Shown piece by piece: positions 48,521-58,323 of a stretch of 64,000 bases of DNA. The notes under the pieces are model-generated. The model saw only the letters and a program-made list of their open reading frames with translations, ran no database searches and was not told where the DNA came from. Position 1 is the first letter of the stretch; the number at the start of each line of letters is the position of its first letter. The stretch comes from Polyangiales bacterium. Lineage in GTDB: Bacteria > Myxococcota_A > Polyangia > Polyangiales > Ga0077539. Made by a program: the position numbers and the translations under genes. The stretch is taken from positions 32,001-96,000 of the forward strand of contig JBGARZ010000010.1 of the NCBI GenBank assembly GCA_044229975.1. The letters run 5' to 3'.

Positions 48521-50500
48521 TCACAGCCTCAACACCAGCTCCGCGATCGCCCCCTGAAACAGAGGGACGTCGCGACACACGCCGCCCGAACACACGCGCC
48601 CGCCCGGCGTCATGCCGCCGAACACCCGCACGAAGTTGTTGATGGTGAAGTTCCATCGCACTTCGAGCGAGGGGTACAGCACCGGCAGCAGCGGAACGCC
48701 CGCGTTGGCGAGGCCCCACGCCTGGTCGTCGAAGCTCCGCTGCCCGACCGAGCGCTTGGTGTTGTCCCAGCGCAGCGCCGCGCTCACCACCAGCGGCAGG
48801 CCGTGCGACCACGACAGCGCCACGCCGCCGCGCGACCCGGTGAGCAGCTCGTCCCAGCTAAACCCACGGATCGCGTCGAAGGTGTAGTTGCGCTCGAAGC
48901 GATGGTCGATGCGCAGCTCGATGGAGTCGTTGGCCCCTACCGGGAACGCGATGTCGAAGTCCGCCTGCACGCTGTCGTGCTTCACGTCCCCGGCCTGCCA
49001 CTGCGGCGGACCGCCGCCTTCCGCGCGGTCGGTCGCCACATAGAACTCGCGCCGATACCCCACGCTCGCCACCAGGTTGAAGTCGCCGCGCGCGACGCGC
49101 GTCACGCCCGCTCCGCCCATGCCCGCCGCACCGGGCTGCACGCCGCCCGCGCCCGCCGTCGCCGCTGCCGCCGCGGCGTTGTCTCTCGCCGGGGCGTTCG
49201 GATCGGCCGCCGACGGCGCCGCGGGCCTCGCCACGGGGCGCGACCGGCGACGGATCGCGAAGTACGTGTGCGTGGTGAGCAGACCGTGTGACGGGTCCCA
49301 CGGGTCGAGGAGGTTGCCGAGGCTGTCGGCGGTGTCCGCCCAGCCGTACATCACCGAGTTGAGGGTGAAGATCCACGGCGACGGCGCGACCGTGTAGTCG
49401 ATGCGGATGCGCCCGCCGCGCACGTTGGAGTTGGTGAAGATGCGCTGGTCGTCGCGCTCCAGCGACGGCGCGGCGCTGTACACGCGGGCGACGTCACGCG
49501 GCGCGCTGTTGGCGGCCTCGGTCGGAGCGATGAGGTAGTGGGTGTAGTCCTTCCACTCGGCGAGCACGGTGAAGCGCCCGCGCGTGAGCTGCGCGGCGAG
49601 GTACAGCGCGTGGCCGTTGGTGGTGCGCGACACGGGCGAGTCGGGGTCGAGCGAGGCGCGGCCGGTGCGCGACGCGCGGCGCAGGATGTCGAGCTCACCG
49701 TAGAGGGTGAGGGCCCCGTCGAAGAGCGAAGGAAACTCCACGCGCCACCCGGCGACGTCGACGGTGTCCTGCCGCTGGGCGTCGGCGAGCCGCTCGAAGT
49801 CGGCGTGGACGACGTGCCCCGACACCTCGATGTCCTCGTCGGGGCCGACGCGCGCGGCGAGCGAGGCGCCGCCGAGGAAGTCCGTGGGGTCTTCGAAGAT
49901 GGAGAGGGAGATGGGGTCGAGGTTTTGCGGGTTGGCGTTGCCCGCGAAGCCGCGGAGCGTGAAGCGCCCGTGATCGATTTCGAGGCGGCCGCCGCGCAGC
50001 GTGGTGTCGAGCCCGATGGGGTCGACCTTGCGAAACGCCAGCGAGAGGCCGCGCCCGAAGACCTGGTAGTAGTCGCCGCCCTCGGCCGTGATGTCGCCGC
50101 GGTGGTAGCGCAGCGAGAGGCGCTCGGGCAGCGAGCTGCCGAGGGAGTCGTAGCTGCCGAAGCGGTAGTTGGAGCGGAGGTAGCAGAGCGCCGCTTCGTC
50201 CGAGCTGCACGACGTGTCGTGGTTGAAGGGCGAGAAGCCGTCGACGCGCATGTAGAGGCGCCACGGGGCCGACGTCGCCGACAGGTCGAGGCGCTCGGTG
50301 AAGGACCCGAAGTGGTCGTCGTGGCGGTTGAACTCGAAGTTCGAGCCGCGGTAGCGCAGCAGGCTGGTGTTGGTGATGGTGAACGCCGTCGGCCCGAGCC
50401 CTGGCAGGCGCGCCACGAGGCCCTGCGCGGATGCTGTGCGGGAGATCGACGGGAGGAGGGCGGAGAGGGCGACGGCGAGCGCCGCAGAGCGGAGGTGCAC
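48521..50500 (-). CDS. outer-membrane beta-barrel protein, DUF6029-like
   Basis: Signal peptide. GDYYQVFGRGLSL..D.TLRGG, EWKDY and C-terminal GGRVCSGGVCR.VP.FQG..ELVLRL. Confidence 0.78.
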   Translation of the reverse strand: MHLRSAALAVALSALLPSISRTASAQGLVARLPGLGPTAFTITNTSLLRYRGSNFEFNRHDDHFGSFTERLDLSATSAPWRLYMRVDGFSPFNHDTSCSSDEAALCYLRSNYRFGSYDSLGSSLPERLSLRYHRGDITAEGGDYYQVFGRGLSLAFRKVDPIGLDTTLRGGRLEIDHGRFTLRGFAGNANPQNLDPISLSIFEDPTDFLGGASLAARVGPDEDIEVSGHVVHADFERLADAQRQDTVDVAGWRVEFPSLFDGALTLYGELDILRRASRTGRASLDPDSPVSRTTNGHALYLAAQLTRGRFTVLAEWKDYTHYLIAPTEAANSAPRDVARVYSAAPSLERDDQRIFTNSNVRGGRIRIDYTVAPSPWIFTLNSVMYGWADTADSLGNLLDPWDPSHGLLTTHTYFAIRRRSRPVARPAAPSAADPNAPARDNAAAAAATAGAGGVQPGAAGMGGAGVTRVARGDFNLVASVGYRREFYVATDRAEGGGPPQWQAGDVKHDSVQADFDIAFPVGANDSIELRIDHRFERNYTFDAIRGFSWDELLTGSRGGVALSWSHGLPLVVSAALRWDNTKRSVGQRSFDDQAWGLANAGVPLLPVLYPSLEVRWNFTINNFVRVFGGMTPGGRVCSGGVCRDVPLFQGAIAELVLRL

Positions 50501-50515
50501 GGGAGTGCGCGGAGA

Positions 50516-51232
50516 TTAGTCGCTGGTCGGGCAGGCCGGGTAGGCCGGATGCGCGAGCACGTCGTCGATGGCGGTGCGGATGGACGTGAGGCCCGTGTCC
50601 GAGCCGTACTCACGCCACCGGATGCGGCCGCAGCGGTCGACGATGATGTTGCCCGGGAAGGCCGTGTTGGGGACGAAGGGCTGCGTGATGAACATCGGGT
50701 CCATCAGCTGCGGGGTGCTGATGTTGTAGCGGGTCGCCCAGGTGCGACACGAGGCGGGCGAGATGGCCGAGTAGTCGGCGTTTTGCACCAGGAGCTGCAC
50801 GAAGCGAACGCGCATGCCGGCGTAGCGCTCGATGATCTCCGTCTGGATCTGCCCCGACTCGCGCTGGCAGGGCACGCACCACACGGCGGCGATGGAGATG
50901 ACCGTGAGGTCGCTCTCGTAGAAGTCGGGGCCGTCGAAGCGCCAGGTGGCTTCGTCGCCGGTGCGGTTGCACGCGGTGAGGGTGAAGGGCCGGAAGAGCG
51001 CGCCGACGCGTGAGCCGTAGGGGCCCGCGGGGTACGTCTCGGCGGCGCCCGCGTCGACCGGAGCGGTGGTGCCGGTGTCCGTCTCGACCACGCCCGCGTC
51101 GGTGCCTGCGGTGGTGCCGCTGTCGATGACGGTGCCTGCGTCGGGCGTCGGCGTCGTGGCGGTAGTGCCGCTGTCGCCGCAGCCGGCGAGGGCGAGGGTG
51201 GAGAGGGCGAAGGCATACGCTAGGGTCTTCAT
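50516..51232 (-). CDS. TlpA-like thioredoxin-fold lipoprotein
   Basis: Lipobox LAGC. YPAGPYG, AVWCVPCQRE and FP.NIIVD. Confidence 0.88.
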   Translation of the reverse strand: MKTLAYAFALSTLALAGCGDSGTTATTPTPDAGTVIDSGTTAGTDAGVVETDTGTTAPVDAGAAETYPAGPYGSRVGALFRPFTLTACNRTGDEATWRFDGPDFYESDLTVISIAAVWCVPCQRESGQIQTEIIERYAGMRVRFVQLLVQNADYSAISPASCRTWATRYNISTPQLMDPMFITQPFVPNTAFPGNIIVDRCGRIRWREYGSDTGLTSIRTAIDDVLAHPAYPACPTSD

Positions 51233-51290
51233 GGGGCTCCTCGAAGGGTGACGGCGGGTGTCGGGCGGTGGGGCCCGCGGATGTTCACAC

Positions 51291-52406
51291 TCAAGTCGTG
51301 GGAAGGCAACGGCTGGTGGTCGTGGTGCCGCTCGTCCGGGTGACGCACGAGTAGCCCGACGGGCAGGTGCGGTTGACGCCCGCGTCAGCCGTGACTCCAC
51401 CGTCACTGGGGGCCACGCAGTCGATGGGCGCGCAGTAGCCGCGGGTGAAGGTGCGCGTGCGGGTCGCCGACACGCGGAACGTCCGCCGGCAGCCATAACC
51501 CTCGCTCACGCGGCAGTCGCTGTCCTGTGTGCAGCCGGGCTGGCAGAGGCCCATGTCGCCCTCGGCGTAGGTGCGGTACAGGAAGCACACGCCGCCTTCG
51601 GGGCAGTTGGACTGCGGCAGCTCGGGGTCGGTCCAGAGGTTGGAGGAGTTGTACCCCTGCGGGAGGATGCAGCGGCCGATGCAGTTGCCGCCGTTGTCGC
51701 CGGTCTGCACCGGGTTGCCGGCGGAGTCGCGGACGATCTGCGGGTTGCAGAGCCCCGACTGGCAGACCGTGGCCGGGGTCATGGTCGTGTCGCTGGTGGC
51801 GACGCAGGACTGCCCGAGGGTGCGGCCCGTGAGCGGCGGCGCGTCGGCGGGGCGGCAGCGGCCCGTCTCGTGGTTGCAGACGGTGCCGTCGATGCAGCTC
51901 GTCTCGGTGCACACCGGGATGCAGATGTTGACCGCCCGGATGGTGCCCTGGTTGATGCCGAAGCAGGTGTAGCCGTCGCGCTCGCAGTCGATGCCGTTGG
52001 CGCAGACGCGGCCGCAGTAGCGGTGGCCCGCGGCGTCGGCGGCCTGGCAGAAGCCGTCGACGGGCTTGGCGCCGCCGGAGCTGAAGAGCACGCAGTCGTC
52101 GTCGCGGGTGCACTCGCGGTTGCACTGCCCGCCGGGGTAGCCCGTGTCGGCGGCGCGGCGGCAGGTCATCTCGTCGCGGCACTCACTGTCGCTGTCGCAG
52201 GGGCCGTAGAGGGGCTGCGGGTTGCGGGGCGGCCTTCCCATGTCGACGGGGACGTCGGCGACCTGCACGTCGGGCGTCTGCACGTCGTTGATGGTCTGCA
52301 CGTCGACGGGGTTGCCCGCGTCGGGGGTGACCGCGGGGTCGGAGGAGCAGCCGAGGGCGATGAGGGCGGAGGGGAGCAACCAGGTGCAAGCGCGGACAGA
52401 AGCCAT
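51291..52406 (-). CDS. cysteine-rich lipoprotein
   Basis: Lipobox ALGC. I count 32 further Cys, in CxxxC / CxxDxDC patterns. Confidence 0.85.
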   Translation of the reverse strand: MASVRACTWLLPSALIALGCSSDPAVTPDAGNPVDVQTINDVQTPDVQVADVPVDMGRPPRNPQPLYGPCDSDSECRDEMTCRRAADTGYPGGQCNRECTRDDDCVLFSSGGAKPVDGFCQAADAAGHRYCGRVCANGIDCERDGYTCFGINQGTIRAVNICIPVCTETSCIDGTVCNHETGRCRPADAPPLTGRTLGQSCVATSDTTMTPATVCQSGLCNPQIVRDSAGNPVQTGDNGGNCIGRCILPQGYNSSNLWTDPELPQSNCPEGGVCFLYRTYAEGDMGLCQPGCTQDSDCRVSEGYGCRRTFRVSATRTRTFTRGYCAPIDCVAPSDGGVTADAGVNRTCPSGYSCVTRTSGTTTTSRCLPTT

Positions 52407-52471
52407 GGTCCGCGTCGCATATCCCAAGCGCGCCCGCGTGGCAACGACGCGACAGGGGCGCGGACAGGGTT

Positions 52472-53560
52472 TCAGCTGTTGTGGGGAGCGCCGCAGTTGG
52501 GGCAGGTGCTGAGCTCGGCGGCGAAGACGGTCTTGCAGTAGGCGCAGGCGCGGCGCGGGACGCGGGCGTCGGGCGAGAGCGGCTTGAGGCTCTGGAAGAC
52601 CTGCGCCATCTCGGCGGAGGACATCACGTCGTTGGCGTCGCTGGGCTGCCAGATGACCTCCATCGCGTTGAGGTTGGCGTCGCCCTGGAGAACAGTCTGG
52701 ATGCCCTGCGCGAGGCTCGCGCGGTCGTTGGGGATGCGGAACCCGAAGTACCCGCCGCGCCGCGCGGTGACGAGCGTGACGACGACGAAGCCGCCGCCCT
52801 CTTCGGCGCGCGCGGTGCTCCTGGGGCCTTCGATCTTGCGCACGCCGCCGGCGTCGTTGCGGACGGTCTCGACGATGAAGCGCCCGCGCTCGGTGCTGAC
52901 GGCGGTGTCGAAGTACTGCTGGGCCATCTGCATGGAGATGCCCTCGCTCAGCACGGGGTCGACCATGTACGCCGCGTCGAGGTGCTGCGAGAGCATCTGG
53001 GCGGTCTCCTGGGCGGCGCCGCCGAGGCCGTTGCCGCTCATGTTGCTGCGCTCGGCGATCTGGGCGAGGGCCGCCTGGATCTGCGCGCGAGCCCGCGAGT
53101 CGAAGGCGATGGAGAGCTTGGCGACGGCGAAGGTGTCCGTCCCTCCGCCGGGCGGGAACGGCATCGGGCCGCCCATCGGGGGGTAGTTGGCCATGGCGCG
53201 CCCGCCGCCGGCCTTCTTCTGCATGACGGCGACCACGATGACGATGACGAGGATGACGAGGGCGATGCAGCACAGGGCGCCGAGGCCGCCGCCAGAGCTG
53301 GAGCCGTAGGAGGTTCCACCGTAGGAGGTGCCGCCGTAGGAGGTGCGGCCGTAGGAGGTGCTGCTGCCGGTGCTGTACGAGGGTCGGCTGTATGAGGGCC
53401 GGCTGTACGAGGTGCCCGACGAGGACGGGCGGGAGCTGCCAGAGCCCCAGCGGGAGCTACCGAAGGAGCCGCCGCTGTGCTGCGAGAGCGCCGCGAGGGG
53501 GGAGAGAAAGAGAGCCGCGAGGAGGAGAACCAGCAGCGCCCACCAGCGTTGTTTCGTCAT
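52472..53560 (-). CDS. DUF1517-like membrane protein with a C-terminal zinc ribbon
   Basis: SGGSFG plus SY-rich repeats, a TM helix, VAKL..A..IQ, EVIWQP..D.MSSAEM...F..L and CAYC..CPNCGA. Confidence 0.78.
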   Translation of the reverse strand: MTKQRWWALLVLLLAALFLSPLAALSQHSGGSFGSSRWGSGSSRPSSSGTSYSRPSYSRPSYSTGSSTSYGRTSYGGTSYGGTSYGSSSGGGLGALCCIALVILVIVIVVAVMQKKAGGGRAMANYPPMGGPMPFPPGGGTDTFAVAKLSIAFDSRARAQIQAALAQIAERSNMSGNGLGGAAQETAQMLSQHLDAAYMVDPVLSEGISMQMAQQYFDTAVSTERGRFIVETVRNDAGGVRKIEGPRSTARAEEGGGFVVVTLVTARRGGYFGFRIPNDRASLAQGIQTVLQGDANLNAMEVIWQPSDANDVMSSAEMAQVFQSLKPLSPDARVPRRACAYCKTVFAAELSTCPNCGAPHNS

Positions 53561-53615
53561 CGTGCTGCGAGACTACGCCGGGAGTGCGGTGGGGTTCCAG
53601 CGGGTCTAAGGGTAC

Positions 53616-54968
53616 TCAGCCCGCGCCGCCGCCCTCCGGGAGCACCGCGCGCGTGAGGTTGTCCACCCCGCTCCCACCCGGTGCCGTGCCCGTCACCACC
53701 AGGTCGTCCTCGATGCGAATCCCACCGAACGGCGCCAGCGCATCCACCAGCTTCCAGTCGACACGCGCGCTCCCGGCGCCCTCGCGCAGCGGCCGCAGCA
53801 GCGCGTCGATGAAGTACAGCCCCGGCTCGATGGTGAACACCTGCCCCGCCTCGATGACCCGCGTGTTGCGCAGGAAGGGATTGTCCGCCCTCGGCTTCAA
53901 CAGCGCGCACCCGACGTCGTGCGTCTGCAAGCCCAGCGAGTGTCCGAGCCCGTGCGGGAAGAACGCCCGCGTCACCCCCGACGACACCGCCTCCGCCCCC
54001 GAGCACGTCACCACGCCCGTCGCCGCGAGCAGCGCGCCCACCTCGTCGTGCGCCCGATCGTGCAGCGCCTCGTACGGCATCCCCACCGTCACCGCGTCGC
54101 ACAACCGCTGCTGCAACGACTCGACCCCGTCTACCAATCCGCGAAACGCCGCCGACGTCGCGTCGCCGCCGTCGCGCATCCACGTCCGCGTGATGTCCGA
54201 TCCGTACCCGAGGCACGTCGCGCCTGCATCGAGCAGCAGCGTCTTCGGACCACCATTGCCCGGCGCACGCCGCGCGTACGCCACGTGGTGCAGTGTTGCG
54301 GCGTTGGCGTCGTAGGCCACGATGTTCTTGTAGGGCGTCTCGGGGTCGTCCTGCTGGGTCGCCGCGAGGTACGCGAGGTGAAGCTCCAGCTCCGACCCCG
54401 CGCCCGCGAAGAACGCCTTCCGCAACGCCGCATGTCCCGCCGCCGCCCGCCGATTGGCCTCCGCCAGACACGCGCACTCGTACGGCGTCTTCAGCACCCT
54501 GAGCGCGTCGAGCGCGGCCACCAGCTCCTTCGGGTTGACCGCCTCGACGCCCCAGCGCGCCGCGATCGAGACGTCGTCTCCGATGAAGGCCACGCGCCCG
54601 GTCGGGAGGTGCGCCTTCGCGTCGTCGGCCGAGGCCAGGCCGACGTGCTCGAAGTGCTCGACGAAGTGTTCGCTCTCGGGCGCGACGGCGTGCTCCCAGA
54701 AGTCCACCGTGGTCACGCGCAGCAGCGTCGGCCGACGACCCGCGCGCACCACCAGCACGGCGCCCGGCTCGGTGAGCGCGACCCAATGGTGGAAGTGCGG
54801 CGTCGCCCGCAGCGGCCACCACTGGTCGTCGACGTCGCTTCGCTTCTTCGCCACGCCGCCGTGGATGACCACCGCGTCGAAGCCGTGCGCCGCGAGCGTC
54901 GCCTCGTAGGCGAGCTGCAACCCGCGAACGTGCGCGGGGTAGAGCTTCGTGATGGGCGCGAGGCTCAC
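53616..54968 (-). CDS. pepQ: Xaa-Pro dipeptidase (prolidase)
   Basis: LKTPYE, AATLH, LLDAGA..YGSDITRT, FPHGLGH.LGLQTHDVG, TIEPGLYF and GGIRIEDD. Confidence 0.93.
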   Translation of the reverse strand: MSLAPITKLYPAHVRGLQLAYEATLAAHGFDAVVIHGGVAKKRSDVDDQWWPLRATPHFHHWVALTEPGAVLVVRAGRRPTLLRVTTVDFWEHAVAPESEHFVEHFEHVGLASADDAKAHLPTGRVAFIGDDVSIAARWGVEAVNPKELVAALDALRVLKTPYECACLAEANRRAAAGHAALRKAFFAGAGSELELHLAYLAATQQDDPETPYKNIVAYDANAATLHHVAYARRAPGNGGPKTLLLDAGATCLGYGSDITRTWMRDGGDATSAAFRGLVDGVESLQQRLCDAVTVGMPYEALHDRAHDEVGALLAATGVVTCSGAEAVSSGVTRAFFPHGLGHSLGLQTHDVGCALLKPRADNPFLRNTRVIEAGQVFTIEPGLYFIDALLRPLREGAGSARVDWKLVDALAPFGGIRIEDDLVVTGTAPGGSGVDNLTRAVLPEGGGAG

Positions 54969-55996
54969 AGGCTCACCTCCGCGTCGTGCAAACGCCCGCT
55001 CGACCGCCGCTGCCGCGACTCCTCCAGCAGGTCGAAGCACGCCGCCATGGTGTCGGTGACCACCAGCCGCTGCCGCAAGATGGCCGCGCCCGGCAGGCCC
55101 TTGAGGTAGCCCGTGAGGTGGCGCCGCGTGACGGCCACGCCGTGCTTCTCGCCGCGCTCGGCGACGTTGGCGGCGAGGTGCTCCTTGCACAGGTCGATGC
55201 GCTCATCCCAGGTCGGTGGAGCGCACTCCACGCCCGTGTCGAGCAGCGTGCGCGCCTCGCGAAACACCCACGGGTGCTCGATGGCCCGACGACCCACCAT
55301 CACGCCCGCGCAGCCCGTCTCGGCGAGCGCCCGCTTCGCGTCGTCGGCGCACTTGATGTCGCCGTTGACCACCACCGGGATGCTCACCACCTCGCGGGCC
55401 TTGCGCGCCCAGTCCCAGTCGGCCGCGCCCGAGTGGCCCATCTGCGCCGTGCGGCAATGCACCGTCAGCGCCTGAACCCCGACGTCCTCCAGCCGGCGCG
55501 CGAGGTCGACGATGGGCATGTCGCTCTCGGGGCCGTACCCGATGCGGGTCTTCACCGTCACAGGCAACGCCACGCGGCCGACCACCATCTTCGCCATCTC
55601 GACCATCGCCGACGGGTTGCGCAGCCACCCCGCACCCGCGCCGCGCCCCGCGATCTTCGGAACCCAGCACCCGCAGTTGATGTCGATGGCCGTCGGGTTG
55701 GCGGCCTCGGCGACGGTTGCTGCTTCGGCGAGGCGCTCGGGGTCGCTGCCGTAGATCTGTATCACCGTCGGCGTGTCGTCGGCCGTGATGCGCACCTTGC
55801 GCGCGGCCGTCTTGCAGCCGCGGAGGAGCCCCTCGACGTTGACGAACTCCGTCACGCAGAAGTGCGCGCCGACGGTGCGGCAGAGCCGACGGAAGACCAC
55901 GTCGGTGACGTCCTCCATGGGGGCGAGGATCACCGGTCGCGTGGCGTAGAGCGCCCGAAGCGTGTCGAAGGAGTTCATGGTGTGGGGATGGGCCAT
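54965..55996 (-). CDS. dusB: tRNA-dihydrouridine synthase
   Basis: LAPMEDVTD, QIYG, IDINCGC, VTVKTRIG, HCRT, NGDI and GVMVGR. Confidence 0.93.
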   Translation of the reverse strand: MAHPHTMNSFDTLRALYATRPVILAPMEDVTDVVFRRLCRTVGAHFCVTEFVNVEGLLRGCKTAARKVRITADDTPTVIQIYGSDPERLAEAATVAEAANPTAIDINCGCWVPKIAGRGAGAGWLRNPSAMVEMAKMVVGRVALPVTVKTRIGYGPESDMPIVDLARRLEDVGVQALTVHCRTAQMGHSGAADWDWARKAREVVSIPVVVNGDIKCADDAKRALAETGCAGVMVGRRAIEHPWVFREARTLLDTGVECAPPTWDERIDLCKEHLAANVAERGEKHGVAVTRRHLTGYLKGLPGAAILRQRLVVTDTMAACFDLLEESRQRRSSGRLHDAEVSL

Positions 55997-56071
55997 CGGT
56001 TACCGCATCAAAGCCGTGGAGGCCAGCGGGGGAAGGGCGGTACCATCGGCGCCGTTGAGGGAGCGGAGCGG

Positions 56072-57127
56072 TTGATCAAGTACCTCGGGTCGAAGCGCAC
56101 CCTCATCCCCGTGATCTTCGAGGCGATGCAGCGGTCGGCTGGCGTTCGGTCGGTCATCGACCTCTTCTCCGGGACGTCTCGTGTCGGCCACGCCCTCAAG
56201 GGCGCGGGCTATCGCGTGCTCTCCAACGACCACAACGCCTACGCCGCGGCCCTCGCGCGCTGCTACGTGCAGGCCGACGCCGAGGCCGTCACCCGCGACG
56301 CCGAGCAGCTCGTGAGGGAGTTCAATCTGCTCGCCGGGTCGCCGGGGTACTTCACCGAGACCTTCTGCGAGCGCTCGCGCTTCTTCCAACCCAAGAACGG
56401 CGCGCGCGTCGACGCCATCCGCGAGGCCATCGCCGCCAAGTGCCTGGAGCCCGAGCTCGAAGCCGTGATGCTCACGTCGCTGATGGAAGCCGCCGACCGG
56501 GTGGACTCCACCACCGGGCTCCAGATGGCCTACCTGAAAGCGTGGGCCCCACGCGCCTCGCATGACCTCGAGCTGCGCGTCCCCAACGTGCTGCCGCGCG
56601 CAACCCACGGGAAGGCGGAGGCCCACCAGCTCGATGCGTTCGAGGCGGCCGCGCGGCTCGACGCCGACCTCGCGTACATCGACCCGCCGTACAACCAGCA
56701 CTCGTACCTCGGCAACTACCACGTGTGGGAGTCGCTGGTTCGCTGGGACAAGCCCGAGGTCTACGGCGTCGCGTGCAAGCGCGTCGACGTGCGCGAGCGG
56801 AAGAGCGCGTTCAATTCGCGGAAGGAGTTTGCGGGGGCGATGCGGCGGTTGTTGGGCGCGGTGCGGGCGCCGGTGATCGTGGTGTCGTTCAGCAACGAGG
56901 GGTACATGGATCGCGCCGAGATGGAGGCGATGCTCTCGTCGCTGTGGGGCGGCGGCGCGCGGGTCACCACCATCGAGACCGACTTCAAGCGCTACGTCGG
57001 CGCGCAGATCGGCATCTACAACCCGAGCGGCCGCAAGGTCGGCCGGGTCGGCCACCTCAAGAACAAGGAGTACCTCTACGTCGTGTCCCGCGAGGCGGCG
57101 GCTCCGGTACTCTCCGCCTCCCCATGA
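56072..57127 (+). CDS. DNA adenine methyltransferase (D12 class)
   Basis: IKYLGSK, DLFSGT..V, ND and YIDPPYN. TTG start inferred. Confidence 0.9.
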   Translation: MIKYLGSKRTLIPVIFEAMQRSAGVRSVIDLFSGTSRVGHALKGAGYRVLSNDHNAYAAALARCYVQADAEAVTRDAEQLVREFNLLAGSPGYFTETFCERSRFFQPKNGARVDAIREAIAAKCLEPELEAVMLTSLMEAADRVDSTTGLQMAYLKAWAPRASHDLELRVPNVLPRATHGKAEAHQLDAFEAAARLDADLAYIDPPYNQHSYLGNYHVWESLVRWDKPEVYGVACKRVDVRERKSAFNSRKEFAGAMRRLLGAVRAPVIVVSFSNEGYMDRAEMEAMLSSLWGGGARVTTIETDFKRYVGAQIGIYNPSGRKVGRVGHLKNKEYLYVVSREAAAPVLSASP

Positions 57128-58323
57128 CCTTCGCGCCGCTCGAAGCCCGCCTCGGTGACCGCTCGCTCTTCCTCGACCTGGAAGCCCGCGCCTACCTCGC
57201 CCACGCCGCCATCTCGCCGCCGTCGCTCGTCGCTCGTCGCGCTGTCCTCGGCATCCTCGGTGACTACGCCCGCCGCGGATCCAACGCCTTCGGCGTCGCC
57301 ATCGACCAGCGCCAACGCCTGCGCGCGAAGCTCGCCGCGCTCATCAACGCGAAGCCCTCCGAGGTCGCCCTCGTCCCCAACACCACCCTCGGCGTCACCC
57401 AGGTCGCCGTTGGGTTTCCCTTCGAGCGCGGCGATCGCGTGCTCTGCTTTCGCGGCGAGTTTCCCGCCAACGTCACGCCGTGGCAGCGCGCCGCCGAGCT
57501 CTTCGGACTCGACATCGCCTGGGTCGACGCCGACCTCGCGCGCACCGACCCCACCCGCTTCCTCGCCGAGGTCGATGCTGTCTGCGCGAAGGGCGTCCGA
57601 CTCGTCGCGGTGAGCGCCGTGCAGTTTCAGACCGGCCTCCGCATGCCCCTGCGCGAGCTCTCCGACCGCGCCCACGCCGTCGGCGGTGTGCTCTTCGTCG
57701 ACGCCATCCAGGCGTGCGGATCGACCCCCATCGACGTCGAGGCCGACGGCATCGACGCGCTCGCGTGCGGCGGCCACAAGTGGCTGATGGGACTCGAAGG
57801 CGCCGGGATGCTCTACCTCCGCGACGCCGTGTCGCGCGCGATGAAGACCCACCTCGCGGGCTGGATCTCGCACGAGGATGCCTTCTCCTTCCTCATCAAC
57901 GGTCCAGGGCTCTTGCGCTACGACCGACCCTTCCGCGGCGACGCGGGGCTCGTCGAGGGCGGGGCCTTCAGCACCGTCGGGTGCGTGGCGCTGGAGGCCA
58001 GCGTCGATGTGCTCGCGGGCATCGGCGTCGCCAACGTCCATGCGCACGTCAACCGCTACCTCGACGTGCTGGAGCGAGCGCTGGTCGAGCGGGGCTTTCG
58101 TAGCCTGCGCGCGTCGGACGCGGCGGGGCGCTCGTGCATTCTCGGTGTGCTGCCGCCGGAGGGCAGGGACGCGCCGTGGTGGTCGAAGGCGCTGGGTGAG
58201 CGGTCGGTGGTGACGTCGTGCCCGGATGGTGTTCTGCGGTTTGCGCCGCACTGGCCCAATGACATCGAGCGCGAGCTCGGTGTCATCACCGACGCATTGG
58301 ACGACGCGAGGAGGCAGTCATGA
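57124..58323 (+). CDS. PLP-dependent aminotransferase class V (cysteine desulfurase-like)
   Basis: YLAHAAISP, NTT.G, EFPAN, DAIQACG, GGHKWLMG.EG.G and RFAPH. Confidence 0.9.
   Translation: MTFAPLEARLGDRSLFLDLEARAYLAHAAISPPSLVARRAVLGILGDYARRGSNAFGVAIDQRQRLRAKLAALINAKPSEVALVPNTTLGVTQVAVGFPFERGDRVLCFRGEFPANVTPWQRAAELFGLDIAWVDADLARTDPTRFLAEVDAVCAKGVRLVAVSAVQFQTGLRMPLRELSDRAHAVGGVLFVDAIQACGSTPIDVEADGIDALACGGHKWLMGLEGAGMLYLRDAVSRAMKTHLAGWISHEDAFSFLINGPGLLRYDRPFRGDAGLVEGGAFSTVGCVALEASVDVLAGIGVANVHAHVNRYLDVLERALVERGFRSLRASDAAGRSCILGVLPPEGRDAPWWSKALGERSVVTSCPDGVLRFAPHWPNDIERELGVITDALDDARRQS

Noticed and set aside
53300..53410. 15-bp tandem repeats (SYGGT / SYSRP)
   Set aside because: Ordinary Gly/Ser/Tyr-rich linker of a DUF1517-type protein.
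56072..57127. Restriction-modification or phosphorothioation defence island (MTase next to a desulfurase-like gene)
   Set aside because: No nuclease, dnd/ssp or other defence genes are adjacent, and the neighbours are housekeeping genes.
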